This document shows positions 39,075 through 50,535 of a DNA stretch of 64,000 nt, piece after piece. This DNA comes from an uncultured Clostridia bacterium (GTDB taxonomy: Bacteria; Bacillota; Clostridia; Oscillospirales; Ruminococcaceae), in contig CANRDI010000010.1 of assembly GCA_947629335.1 (NCBI GenBank), positions 693 to 64,692 of the forward strand. The letters run 5' to 3'. Every line of letters begins with the position of its first letter. Position 1 is the stretch's first letter. Below the pieces are notes generated by a model. The model worked only from the letters and a program-made list of their open reading frames with translations, had not been told where the DNA came from and did not search any database. The position numbers were made by a program, and so were the translations under genes.

Positions 39075-40220
39075 TTAAAGGAGCTTCTTATAAAGCTCGG
39101 AAATTTCCTCAACAGATGTATCCCTCGGATTTCCGGGACGACAAGCGTCAGCATATGCCGATTCCGACAAGAACTGAATATCTTCGGGCTTTACGATATC
39201 CTTTAAGTTGTCGGGTATTCCAACGTCTTTCGCAAGCTGTTTAACAGCGTCTACCGCAGCCTTTCTGTATTCATCCTGCGACATTTCATCAACGCCTTTA
39301 ACGCCCATTGCACGAGCTATTTCACGGTATTTCTCGCCCGTTTCGGGAGCATTATATTCCATAACTGTCGGGAGAATAATTGCGTTCGCAATTCCGTGAG
39401 GCGTGTCATAAAGCGCGCCGAGAGGGTGAGCCATAGAGTGTACTATTCCGAGACCAACGTTTGAAAAGCCCATTCCCGCGACATACTGTCCGAGAGCCAT
39501 TCCCTCGCGTCCTTCGGGGGTGTTCTCAACTGCCCCGCGAAGATTTTTAGAGATTATCTCGATAGCTTTCAGGTGGAACATATCGGACAATTCCCAAGCG
39601 CCCTTCGTGATATAGCCCTCAATCGCGTGCGTAAGAGCGTCCATGCCCGTTGCCGCAGTAAGGCTTTTCGGCATTGTACTCATCATATCGGGATCAACTA
39701 CCGCCACAACAGGAATATCATGAACATCTACGCAAACCATTTTACGGTTCTTTTCAACATCCGTTATTACATAGTTTATCGTAACTTCCGCTGCTGTGCC
39801 AGCCGTAGTGGGAACGGCAATTATCGGAACTGCTGGTTTCTTTGTGGGAGCAACTCCCTCCAGACTTCTTACATCGGCAAACTCAGGATTGTTTATGATA
39901 ATGCCGACAGCCTTCGCGGTATCCATGGAAGAACCGCCTCCGACAGCGATAATATAGTCCGCGCCGCTCTTTTTAAACGCTTCAACGCCGCTTTGAACAT
40001 TTTCTATAGTAGGATTGGGCTTGATATTGCTGTAAATTTCATATGCCAGCCCTGCGTTTTCGAGAACGTCCGTCACCTTTTTTGTAACGTTAAATTTGAT
40101 AAGATCGGGGTCGGAGCAAAGCAAAGCCTTCTTAAAGCCTCTTGCCTTAGCCTCGTCCGCAACGGCAGAAAGCGCGCCTTTTCCGTGATAAGACGTTTCG
40201 TTGAGTACAAATCTGTTCAT
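39075..40220 (-). CDS. fucO: Lactaldehyde reductase (Fe-dependent alcohol dehydrogenase)
   Basis: NRFVLNETSYHG.GA, GGGSSMDTAK, VPTTAGT, MDALTHAIE and H.MAH..G; start at 40220. Confidence 0.92.
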   Translation of the reverse strand: MNRFVLNETSYHGKGALSAVADEAKARGFKKALLCSDPDLIKFNVTKKVTDVLENAGLAYEIYSNIKPNPTIENVQSGVEAFKKSGADYIIAVGGGSSMDTAKAVGIIINNPEFADVRSLEGVAPTKKPAVPIIAVPTTAGTAAEVTINYVITDVEKNRKMVCVDVHDIPVVAVVDPDMMSTMPKSLTAATGMDALTHAIEGYITKGAWELSDMFHLKAIEIISKNLRGAVENTPEGREGMALGQYVAGMGFSNVGLGIVHSMAHPLGALYDTPHGIANAIILPTVMEYNAPETGEKYREIARAMGVKGVDEMSQDEYRKAAVDAVKQLAKDVGIPDNLKDIVKPEDIQFLSESAYADACRPGNPRDTSVEEISELYKKLL

Positions 40221-40491
40221 TGGTTTACATTTCCTTTCTAAAGAAGAATTTGAAATTGTGACAATGTAATAAAAGTTTTCATCACATTGTCCTTCACATA
40301 GTATATTATACACTAATTTCCAAATTTTTTCAAGTGCTTTTTTTGTGAAAGTTTTATGTCAAGATAAGAAAAACACACAAGAAAATCGTTAAAAATGCAC
40401 AAAGAAAAAATTCCCGCCATTTATTGACAGAAGTTATTCTATGTGATATAATATTTAAAAGTATATATATCTATAAAAGCGGGGTGATTTT

Positions 40492-41127
40492 ATGGCAATT
40501 TCTCCGATTTCAATGACATCTCTCGGCGCAGTACCACAAAAAACTACGTCTGAAAATCTCGAAAACATTATTTCAAAGCTTGAAAAACAGCGCGACGAGG
40601 TTAGGCGGCAGACTGATTCGGACAACAGAGACAAGATGATGAACGCGCTTGAAGAAAGGCTGAACAATCTTGAAAACCGCCTTTCTAAACTCAAACAGCG
40701 CGAGGAAGAACAAGACGGCGAATGTCAGACCTGCAAAAACCGCAAGTATCAGGACGGTTCCGACGACCCCGGCGTTTCGTTTAAAAACGCGACAAGTATT
40801 TCAAAGGGCGCTGCCGAGTCGGCGGTGCGCGGTCACGAGCACGAACACGTTGTCCGCGAACAGGCTAAGGCAGAGATGACGGGGCGCGAAGTTGTTTCGC
40901 AGAGCGTCCGCATAAAATACGGCATTTGTCCCGAATGCGGAGACAGCTATTGCGCGGGCGGAGAAACCACGACTGTTACCAGAGCAAAACCACCTGCTGA
41001 AATCGAGATCTCAAATGACAGCAGTCAAAAAGCCGACGCGGCAAAAAAGGCGCTTGAAGACCGTTTTGCTGTCGGAATGTATGACGAACAGGAAGAATAC
41101 GGAAAACTTTTGAATGTTGTTGCATAA
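40492..41127 (+). CDS. Hypothetical protein: coiled coil plus CxxC...HExxH...CxxC domain (SprA-related-like)
   Basis: ECQTCKNRKYQDGSDDPGVSFK, V.GHEHEHV and CPECG.SY.AGG.T. Confidence 0.75.
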   Translation: MAISPISMTSLGAVPQKTTSENLENIISKLEKQRDEVRRQTDSDNRDKMMNALEERLNNLENRLSKLKQREEEQDGECQTCKNRKYQDGSDDPGVSFKNATSISKGAAESAVRGHEHEHVVREQAKAEMTGREVVSQSVRIKYGICPECGDSYCAGGETTTVTRAKPPAEIEISNDSSQKADAAKKALEDRFAVGMYDEQEEYGKLLNVVA

Positions 41128-41373
41128 TGATAAATTTTGATCCGCCGAGCTTTTGAGCTTTCGGCGGATCTTAATTTGTTCAAATAACAGTTGATATTCA
41201 GTTATGTCATTTACCGAGACAATATAATTAGGATTAAAGCGCGAACATTTTGTTTCGTTCAAAATCACATACCAATCCGGCATACAATTTTCATCTATCA
41301 GCTTTCATTGATATTGCTTATATTCAGTTCAAATAAACCGCGATACGAGAATTTCGGTTTATGCACACAAGCA

Positions 41374-41772
41374 TTACGTTTTATCCTTGATGCAAAAAAT
41401 GATATGCGCTATAATTCCTAAAATCAAAAGGCAAACTCCGATATAAAGATAAATGAACACAAGACTGTTTGTCGTTCCGTATACTTCGAGAACTCCCTCG
41501 AAAAAGCTCCCTACAGTAAGCGTCGCAACTCCCGAATTGTATAAATTATAAGCGGCTTTATGCGGCTTTGGCGTTCCTCTTATCGCCGCTATACTGTTTG
41601 GGAGTACTCCGCATAAAAGCGGTATCGCAAATGCATAAAGCATATAATACGAATAGACCCCGTGTCCGAAATATTCATATATTCCTCCGCAAAGCGCCGT
41701 TGCTATTGTTATCACAACATAAGCGAGAGTTCTTTTAGACGCCGATTTTGAATTAAATTCCGATGTAGACAA
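41374..41772 (-). CDS. Hypothetical membrane protein (4 TM)
   Basis: Hydrophobic ORF overlapping the upstream gene; YEYFGHGVYS.YM and YNSG.ATL..GS...GVLE.YGT. Confidence 0.75.
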   Translation of the reverse strand: MSTSEFNSKSASKRTLAYVVITIATALCGGIYEYFGHGVYSYYMLYAFAIPLLCGVLPNSIAAIRGTPKPHKAAYNLYNSGVATLTVGSFFEGVLEVYGTTNSLVFIYLYIGVCLLILGIIAHIIFCIKDKT

Positions 41773-42730
41773 TGTCGCTTATTCCCCTTTCCTTTATAAC
41801 TCCCCCGCTTGTTGTCGGCTTATTTATGACCTTTCCGTTGAATACCATTGACGAAGAACCGCCGCCGTCAAGATTATATCCCGTAACAACGCCGAGGTCG
41901 ATCATAAGCTCGCCGAGCTGTACAAGCGAAAGTCCCTTGCTTTCGCTCGTTCTTCCGTCCGAAACTATAAACACATAATGAAGCTCGTCAATTATACCTA
42001 TTGCGGTGCGGGGATTGCTGACCATATGATTTGCGACCTCGCTGCTGTTGTCAACGGATATCTCTCCTCCGTCAACAAGCGCAGGTCCGAAAGAAAACAC
42101 CTGCCATGCACCCTCGTCATAAAGCTCTTGTGCAGTGACATCTTTTTCATATACTATTCCCATTGAGCCGTCGGGATATATAACCAGATCCTCTTGACTG
42201 TTTGTATATTTATTTTCGCGGTAAACCACGCCGTTTCTGATAACATAGCCGCCGTTTCTTATTCCGTAATAATCCCCGTTTATTGCAAATATCGCTCCGA
42301 CGCTTTCGGCTATTTCAGAGGTATATTGCACGATATTCTTTCCGTATTTCCCTTTGGCAAATGCTGTTTTTAAATATTCAGCCGACGACAGTTTCACATC
42401 TGCGATATAACACTCTGTTTCATTTACACGTCTTTGAGAAATAGTTATGGAAATATTGTCGTCAAGATAGCTGTTTTCCGTTATGACAGGTTCCATAGGT
42501 TCGGGAGGAAGTTCGGGTTCGCTGTTGTTATCTGTGCCGCTTTGATGTATTTCGGAACTAAACGAACTCGAATTTTCATTCTGCGACGAACTTGGTCTGA
42601 ACGAAACCTTGTCGGTCGGGATATCGGTCGCTCGTTCAATAACGAACGTATCAAGCGAGATATATACGGTAAATGCTGCAAGGACAACTCCATATAAAAC
42701 GCACCACCAATGTTTTTTTAAAAAGTTCAT
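41753..42730 (-). CDS. Phosphodiester glycosidase (NAGPA) family protein
   Basis: AINGDYY, FSFGPALV, NPRTAIG, DGR...S.G and YNLDGGGSS. Confidence 0.9.
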   Translation of the reverse strand: MNFLKKHWWCVLYGVVLAAFTVYISLDTFVIERATDIPTDKVSFRPSSSQNENSSSFSSEIHQSGTDNNSEPELPPEPMEPVITENSYLDDNISITISQRRVNETECYIADVKLSSAEYLKTAFAKGKYGKNIVQYTSEIAESVGAIFAINGDYYGIRNGGYVIRNGVVYRENKYTNSQEDLVIYPDGSMGIVYEKDVTAQELYDEGAWQVFSFGPALVDGGEISVDNSSEVANHMVSNPRTAIGIIDELHYVFIVSDGRTSESKGLSLVQLGELMIDLGVVTGYNLDGGGSSSMVFNGKVINKPTTSGGVIKERGISDIVYIGI

Positions 42731-42883
42731 AAATATGATCTCCAAAAATTATAGTAGAAAATATGCAAGGCACATTGCAAAACGGCGCCTGCGTTTTTTA
42801 TTTTAACACACATTTGATGATTTGTCTACAATTTTTTCATAATTTTCATAAAAATCACTTTAAATTCAGAAATTTATATAAAA

Positions 42884-43066
42884 GCGAACAGCGTTTCCGC
42901 TTTCCGACCGCGCCGCAAGGCGCGGCACGAAAGTTTTTAAAAGGGTGGTTTGGAGGGGAAACTTTTTTCAAAAAGTTTCCCCTCCAATGTCGGCAGTTAG
43001 CGTAATAATTAAGGGGAAAACTTTCTTCAAAAAAGTTTTCCCCTCAAGATTATTTTTCAAAAACTT
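42884..43066. repeat. REPIN-like unit of the same family
   Basis: CAGCGTTTCC..TTCCGACCGCGCCGCAAGGCGCGGCAC matches 7376-7416, followed by two GGGGAAA(A)CTTT hairpins. Confidence 0.85.
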
Positions 43067-43083
43067 CAAATTGCAAGCGTTTA

Positions 43084-44463
43084 TTAATAATAATAGGTAT
43101 AGCTGTATTTTGCAGGATCGACCGCAACACCGTTTACTCTTACCTCAAAGTGAAGATGATAACCCGTACTCCAGCCCGTCGTTCCTACATATGCGATAAC
43201 ATCGCCCTGATTTACATGCTGCCCTTTTGTAACGTTTATTCCCCATGTATGAGCATACATTGTCGAAATTCCGCCGCCATGGTCAACTATTATGTAATTC
43301 CCATAGCCGCCTCCGCAGCCGCAGCTGTAATTCTTCCCGTAATTGTGTGTACAGCCGTTGTATACCGCGATAACCGTTCCCGACTGCACCGCGTGTATCT
43401 TAGCTCCCGCTATGGACGTGCCAGAACCCGTGATGTCCAGTCCCCTGTGCTGTCCGTTTCTCCACGGATCATACCCGAACTTTGTCGTAATTCTTTGATA
43501 GCTCGCGCTTACGGGCCAGATAAATCCGTCCGCCGAATAAACCGTCTGACCGTTGTTTTTCTGCTGTTCAATGCGTATAAGCTCTTCAAGCTCGTTATTC
43601 AGCTCGTCCATTTTCTTTGCAGACAATTTCGAGTCATATTCAAGAGCGTTTACTTTGTCCGTAAGCTCTTTGTTTTCCGCCGCAAGCTGCTGGAGATATG
43701 CCTTTTGCTGTGCAGCATAGCTGTCAAGCTCATCTTTTGACTCTACGAGAGCCGCCATATCCGCTTCGAGCTTTTTCTTCTCGTTTGCGAGGTCGGTCTT
43801 TTCCTGTTCAAGCACGGCGATCTCCGCATTTAGATCTTCTATCATTTGCTTCTGATCGTCTATATCCGCCAAAAGTTTTTCCATAAAGCGCGCGTTCTGG
43901 CTGCTTATGTTCTTTATTACATCGGAATATACGAAATATTCATACCAGTCGTCCGAGCCGCTCAAAATCGGTATAGTGTCCGAAATGTCATTTATGTACA
44001 TCGCTCTCGCAAGACGTGCAAAACGTTCGAGATTTAACTTATTCTGTGCTTCAAGCTCTGAGATCTTTGTCTTTTTTCCTTCAATTTCAAGCTCTTTATT
44101 CTCGACGGTTTTTTCGACATTTTCGATTTCAAGCTGTTTATCTTCTATGCTCTGCTTCTGCGCAAGAATAAGCTCTCCGTATTTTTCAATTTCAAGATTA
44201 ACGCCGTCTATCTGCTCGTTTATGAGATTTATAGCTTCTTTATTTTTATTAATATCTCCGTTAAGTCCCGCGATCTGGCTTTTACGGGCTTCGTTTTCTT
44301 TTTTTATTTTGTCTATCTGCGCCTGGATGTCGTCTATACTTGAACTTCCGGCAGCACTGTTATTAACGAAATCCGTAATATTCGGCAGAGCAAAAAGTAC
44401 CGCCGCTGCACAGAATGCCGCGCATATCTTTATCACGATCGGCAGCCGTTTTCTGAATGACAT
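43084..44463 (-). CDS. Secreted coiled-coil M23 peptidase (PcsB/EnvC-like murein hydrolase)
   Basis: Signal peptide, long coiled coil, H.GLDI, GYGNYI.VDH, YAH and STGYHLHFEVR; start MSFRK at 44463. Confidence 0.9.
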   Translation of the reverse strand: MSFRKRLPIVIKICAAFCAAAVLFALPNITDFVNNSAAGSSSIDDIQAQIDKIKKENEARKSQIAGLNGDINKNKEAINLINEQIDGVNLEIEKYGELILAQKQSIEDKQLEIENVEKTVENKELEIEGKKTKISELEAQNKLNLERFARLARAMYINDISDTIPILSGSDDWYEYFVYSDVIKNISSQNARFMEKLLADIDDQKQMIEDLNAEIAVLEQEKTDLANEKKKLEADMAALVESKDELDSYAAQQKAYLQQLAAENKELTDKVNALEYDSKLSAKKMDELNNELEELIRIEQQKNNGQTVYSADGFIWPVSASYQRITTKFGYDPWRNGQHRGLDITGSGTSIAGAKIHAVQSGTVIAVYNGCTHNYGKNYSCGCGGGYGNYIIVDHGGGISTMYAHTWGINVTKGQHVNQGDVIAYVGTTGWSTGYHLHFEVRVNGVAVDPAKYSYTYYY

Positions 44464-44941
44464 TTTTATTCCCCTTTCGACATATCGGAAAATTGTTCGT
44501 CCTGTTTCGAAGCGATTTCCCCAAAACGCTCCCAATATACATTTATTATACATTATTTTCGGCAAAATGTCAAGGAGCGTTTATATGAAAAATATATGAA
44601 ATTTAATTGCGGATATTATTGTTTAAAAAAATAAAATTTGAGTTTGCAAAAAAATTGATTATTTTCCGACATACTGTATCAAGCCGTTATTTGAAATTTT
44701 GTACTTTGAGTTTTTTCGGATATTTTCTACAGGAACAGCATTAGGTACTTGCAGTAAAATTAAAATGTTGTTTCATAACAATTCGGAAAACAGCTCGGTT
44801 TTTGTTGAATGTCACTAAAAACAGCAGGATAAATTGTAATAACAGACAAAATCTGTCAGGGATTTTGAGAAAAATTAAAAAAAATCTTGCAAAAATTTGA
44901 ATGCTGTTGTATAATTTAAAAGTAAAATAAATTTTATTTAA

Positions 44942-46309
<1,368 letters not shown>

Positions 46310-46360
46310 TCTTAAATAAAAAACAGCTTGATATTTTTATCAGGCTGTTTTCTTTTTTTC

Positions 46361-46490
46361 AACTAAACAAGCTCAAAAGCACGCGTTAAACGCGTGCTTT
46401 GCTTTGTCGCTTCAAGCCGCCGATACTTATATCTGCTTTTATCTGTGCATATATTGCTTGTCTGCGATATTTCGGCACAAATACTATGAA
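46361..46490 (-). mobile_element. Internally deleted IS200 remnant
   Basis: Right-end hairpin AAAGCACGCGTTAAACGCGTGCTTT (cf. 313-335) is fused to a fragment encoding IVFVPKYRRQAIYAQIKADI. Confidence 0.75.
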
Positions 46491-46807
46491 ATTAAATAAC
46501 CTGTTGATTTACGTTCTTCTTACCTTTTATTTTTATACGGAAAATTGTTCAATACGGGAAACAAGTTTTCGCCCAAACTCTTACCTCTAAATAATAGTGG
46601 TCTTAACTCCACCTCTAAAACAGTAATAATATTAAAAGTCGGTTATCCAAAAATCGGTAATCAAATAAACGCTTTTGGGAGCATTATAATCAGCTTGTAC
46701 TTAACTGTGAAAAACGCAATAGTAACCAATAACATTTCTAAAACAACAAAATCCTCCCCTCTGCATATAATGCATTACTTGCATTATTAATTAAGGAGGG
46801 ATTTACA

Positions 46808-47767
46808 ATGAAACGCTGTGTTCCGTTAGAGCCTGCCGCAGAGGAAGTCTGCAAAGAAAGCGCAGTTCCGCCGCTGATTTTTCAATTGCCGCCAAACCAA
46901 GGCAGGGAAATTCTTGAAAAGGCACAAGATATGCCCGTGTACAAATATCCCGCGGATATATCCTCGACAGAGGTTGACTGCGGAAAATGGGGAACTGTAC
47001 CCGTGTATTTCGTTATGCCGAAATGCAGCCGCATTAAAAATCTGATATTTTATATTCACGGGGGCGGCTGGGTCTTCGGAAGTTTTCATACCCACGAAAA
47101 ATTGGTAAGGGAACTTGCCGCAAGAACAAGCTCTGTCGTTGTGTTCCCTGAGTATACGCGCTCGCCCGAAGCAAAATATCCCGTTGCAGTAGAGCAATGC
47201 TTTTATGTGCTTTCACATATGCATGAGCTAATCGAAAAACGTTTTTCGGAGATATGCCGTAATTCTCTTATAGTTGCAGGCGACAGTGTTGGAGGAAATA
47301 TGGCGGCGGCAATGGTGATCATGTCCGATTTGCGCGGCGGCCCGCATATTAAAAAGCTACTTTTGTTTTATCCCGTGACAAACGCCTGCTTTGACACTCC
47401 GAGCTACAGAAGGTTTGCCGTGAATTATTATCTGTACCGTGAGGAAATGATGTGGTTTTGGCGGCAATACGCGCCTTGTCCGAAAATAAGAAGTAAAATT
47501 ACAGTTTCTCCTCTTATGGCGAATTTAAAGTATTTAAGCTGCTTTCCGCCGACTATGATAATAAACGGGCAGGCAGATGTTCTGTGCAGTGAGGGAGAGG
47601 CGTTCGGAGAAAGACTTCGCTGTGCGGGAGCAGACGTTACGGCCTTGAAAATTCAGGGTATTATCCACGATTTCGTTATGCTCAATTCACTTGACCAAAC
47701 CAATGCCTGCCGCGCCGCAATGTCGGCGGCAACAGAATGGATAAACTGTTACTGCAAAGCAGAATGA
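46808..47767 (+). CDS. Alpha/beta hydrolase (HSL-family esterase)
   Basis: HGGGWVFG, GDSVGGN and IHDFVML. Confidence 0.92.
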   Translation: MKRCVPLEPAAEEVCKESAVPPLIFQLPPNQGREILEKAQDMPVYKYPADISSTEVDCGKWGTVPVYFVMPKCSRIKNLIFYIHGGGWVFGSFHTHEKLVRELAARTSSVVVFPEYTRSPEAKYPVAVEQCFYVLSHMHELIEKRFSEICRNSLIVAGDSVGGNMAAAMVIMSDLRGGPHIKKLLLFYPVTNACFDTPSYRRFAVNYYLYREEMMWFWRQYAPCPKIRSKITVSPLMANLKYLSCFPPTMIINGQADVLCSEGEAFGERLRCAGADVTALKIQGIIHDFVMLNSLDQTNACRAAMSAATEWINCYCKAE

Positions 47768-47839
47768 GTTACTAATTTGGAAACATCTTTTGAAATCTGA
47801 ACGCAGCAGTCGGAACAGTATACAGGATATAGTTTAAAG

Positions 47840-47981
47840 TGTACAGTTAAGGTATTCGCTCCGCGAATGTTATCTGATTGTTTTTGAAGGAAAGAGCGTA
47901 AACAACCCGTTGCGGTGGTTTACGCTCATTTATTTTAAACACAATCTAAATCATTCACGAAGTGAATACCTTAACTGTACA
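47840..47981. repeat. 142-bp segment with perfect 18-bp terminal inverted repeats and an internal hairpin
   Basis: TGTACAGTTAAGGTATTC (47840-47857) / GAATACCTTAACTGTACA (47964-47981); inner GAGCGTAAAC..GTTTACGCTC. Confidence 0.7.
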
Positions 47982-48023
47982 TTCAACAATATAAATTGTA
48001 CACTATTAACCCCCTGCCGATTT

Positions 48024-49181
48024 CTACATTTTCTTTTTTATGCTTTCAAGCCTGTTCAGCGCCTCGGAAAGTGTATCTTCCTTTTTGGCGAAATGCAGGC
48101 GGATAAGGTTGTTTACAGGCTCGCGGAAGAAGCTCGAACCCGGCACTGCTCCAACTCCGACTTTTTCGGCAAGTTTTTCGCAGAACTCAAGGTCGCTTTT
48201 ATATCCGAACTCCGAAATGTCTATAAGCACATAATAAGCTCCCTGCGGCGTGGTGTGCGAAAGCCCTATGAGGTCAAGTCCATTCAGAAACATATCCCGC
48301 TTTTTCGTGTACTTTTCGCGCAGGTCGCTGTAATATTCATCGCCAAATTCAAGACCCGTTACCGCCGCTTCCTGCAAGGGCGCTGCCGCTCCCACCGTCA
48401 GGAAATCGTGAACCTTTTTCGCCGTTTCAATGATATGCGCGGGCGCGATTATATATCCGAGCCTCCAGCCCGTTATCGAGTACGTTTTCGACAACGACGA
48501 GCAGGAAATAGTGCGCTCCCACATATTCGGCAGCGATGCGAAATAAATATGCTCGTTCGGCTTGTATACGATATGCTCGTAAACTTCATCCGTTATCACA
48601 AACGTATCGTATTTCTCAGCAAAGTCGGCTATTATCTGCAATTCTTCAAGCGTGAAAACCTTTCCGCAGGGATTTGAGGGATTGCAGAGAATAAGCGCTT
48701 TCGGGCGCTGTTTAAATGCATTTTCCAAAATGTCCGCGTCGAATTTGAACGTCGGCGGCACAAGCGGAACATAAATAGGTTCTGCTCCCGAAAGTATCGC
48801 GTCCGCTCCGTAATTCTCGTAAAACGGCGAAAATACTATAACTTTATCGCCCGGATCGCAGACTGTCATCATTGCCGCCATCATTGCTTCGGTGCTGCCG
48901 CAGGTAACAACTATCTCGCTGTTCGGGTCAATTTCGCGTTTCATAAGACGCGACTGCTTCCTTGAAAGCGCCTCGCGGAAATTCTGCGCACCCCATGTTA
49001 TCGAATACTGGTGAAAATCCTCTTTTGTGACCTCGGCTAAACGGTCAAGAATTTCTTTGGGCGGCTCAAAATCGGGAAAGCCCTGTGACAGATTTACCGC
49101 GCCGTATTTCAGCGATATTCTCGTCATTCTGCGTATCACCGAATCGGTAAAGCCGTCTGTTCTTCGGGAAAGCTTCGGCAT
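48024..49181 (-). CDS. PLP-dependent aminotransferase class I (YbdL/glutamine transaminase K-like)
   Basis: AVNLSQGFPDF, NPSNPCGKV, DEVYEH and SLSKTYSITGWRLGY. Confidence 0.9.
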   Translation of the reverse strand: MPKLSRRTDGFTDSVIRRMTRISLKYGAVNLSQGFPDFEPPKEILDRLAEVTKEDFHQYSITWGAQNFREALSRKQSRLMKREIDPNSEIVVTCGSTEAMMAAMMTVCDPGDKVIVFSPFYENYGADAILSGAEPIYVPLVPPTFKFDADILENAFKQRPKALILCNPSNPCGKVFTLEELQIIADFAEKYDTFVITDEVYEHIVYKPNEHIYFASLPNMWERTISCSSLSKTYSITGWRLGYIIAPAHIIETAKKVHDFLTVGAAAPLQEAAVTGLEFGDEYYSDLREKYTKKRDMFLNGLDLIGLSHTTPQGAYYVLIDISEFGYKSDLEFCEKLAEKVGVGAVPGSSFFREPVNNLIRLHFAKKEDTLSEALNRLESIKKKM

Positions 49182-49194
49182 TTTGTCACCTCCG

Positions 49195-50535
49195 TTAAAT
49201 CACATAGTCGAGTTTGCGCTCGTCGATAATGCGCCTTGATTTATGCTCTGAGCGGGTATCAAGTCCGCCGTCGGGGTGAACGACAACGCTGTACGGCTTT
49301 ACGCCTATTCTTGCTTTCAGCGCGTCTGAAACCTCTTTTGAAACCTCCTCGTCGGACTTTGGATTATCGGAATTCTTTTCTATCTCGACCGAATATTTGC
49401 AGGTGAAATCTTTCTCAAAAACGCGGATAAGATATTCGCCCGTAATTCCCGACATATCGCGTATTACTGCCTCTATATCGCTTGGGAAAACATTTACGGC
49501 GGACACTATAAACATATCGTCCTTTCTGCCGCTTATATGTATTCTTCCGTGAGTGCGTCCGCACGAGCAGGGCGTGTTGTCGATCCAGCCTATATCGCCC
49601 GTGCGGAAGCGGATAAGCGGACGGGCATGCTTGCGGAGCGTTGTAAATACAAGCTCTCCGACCTGTCCCGGCTCTAAAACTTCTCCCGTATGTATATCAA
49701 CGGTTTCAACAAGAATGTGATTTTCCGCGATATGAAGTCCGTCCTTTGCTTCGCACATTGCAGCGCAAGCTCCGAAAATGTCCGAAAGTCCGTAAAAGTC
49801 GTAAACCTCCGCGCCCCACAAATCCTCAATCGCCTTTCTTGTAGCGTCGATTGAGCCGCCAAGCTCTCCCGCGACAATTATCTTCTTTATGTTCAAGTCC
49901 TTTTTCGGGTCAATACCGCTTTTCAGAGCCTTTTCGCCGAGCTGCCACGCGTATGACGGCGAAGTCCAGATTATAGTCGGCTGATAGGTTTTAAGCACGA
50001 ACAGAAGTCTTTCGCTCGGAAGCGTTCCGCCCCATATGCAGAGCGCGCCGAGGTTCTGCGCTCCGATAACGTCGGGACCGCCGACGTACAGCGAAAAGTT
50101 CAGCGCGTGGACGTATCTGTCCTTCGGGCGCATACCTATCTGCCAAAACCAGCGGCTTTCGGTGTCCTGAAACTCGTCAAAATCCTTTTTGGTAAACGGG
50201 CTCATTGTCGGCACTCCCGTAGAACCCGACGAGGTTGAGATAAACACAACGTCCTCTTCGGGAACGGCGCACAATTCACCGAGGAAAGAACCTTTCCCCT
50301 GAGTGTCGCGCTGGGTTTTCTTGTCGATAAACGGAAACTTCTGAATGTCCTTTAAGGTCTTGATGTCCTCAGGTTTAACTCCCGCCTCGTCAAAAGAGCG
50401 CTTGTAATACGGCGCATTTTCATACGCGAACTTTACTATCTCTTTCAGATCTTCAAGCTGATGTTTTTCCAGCTCCCCGCGGGGCATTGTTTCAAGTTCC
50501 TCGTTCCAGAATTTGCTGTTTAAATCTCTACCCAT
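49195..50535 (-). CDS. Phenylacetate-CoA-ligase-like (PaaK family) acyl-CoA ligase
   Basis: STSSGSTG.P, YGLSDI.G, LIRFRTGD and GRKDDMFIV. Confidence 0.9.
   Translation of the reverse strand: MGRDLNSKFWNEELETMPRGELEKHQLEDLKEIVKFAYENAPYYKRSFDEAGVKPEDIKTLKDIQKFPFIDKKTQRDTQGKGSFLGELCAVPEEDVVFISTSSGSTGVPTMSPFTKKDFDEFQDTESRWFWQIGMRPKDRYVHALNFSLYVGGPDVIGAQNLGALCIWGGTLPSERLLFVLKTYQPTIIWTSPSYAWQLGEKALKSGIDPKKDLNIKKIIVAGELGGSIDATRKAIEDLWGAEVYDFYGLSDIFGACAAMCEAKDGLHIAENHILVETVDIHTGEVLEPGQVGELVFTTLRKHARPLIRFRTGDIGWIDNTPCSCGRTHGRIHISGRKDDMFIVSAVNVFPSDIEAVIRDMSGITGEYLIRVFEKDFTCKYSVEIEKNSDNPKSDEEVSKEVSDALKARIGVKPYSVVVHPDGGLDTRSEHKSRRIIDERKLDYVI

Noticed and set aside
46490-46790. Gene between the IS200 remnant and the esterase
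   Set aside because: Only short, stop-interrupted AT-rich frames with no recognisable motif.
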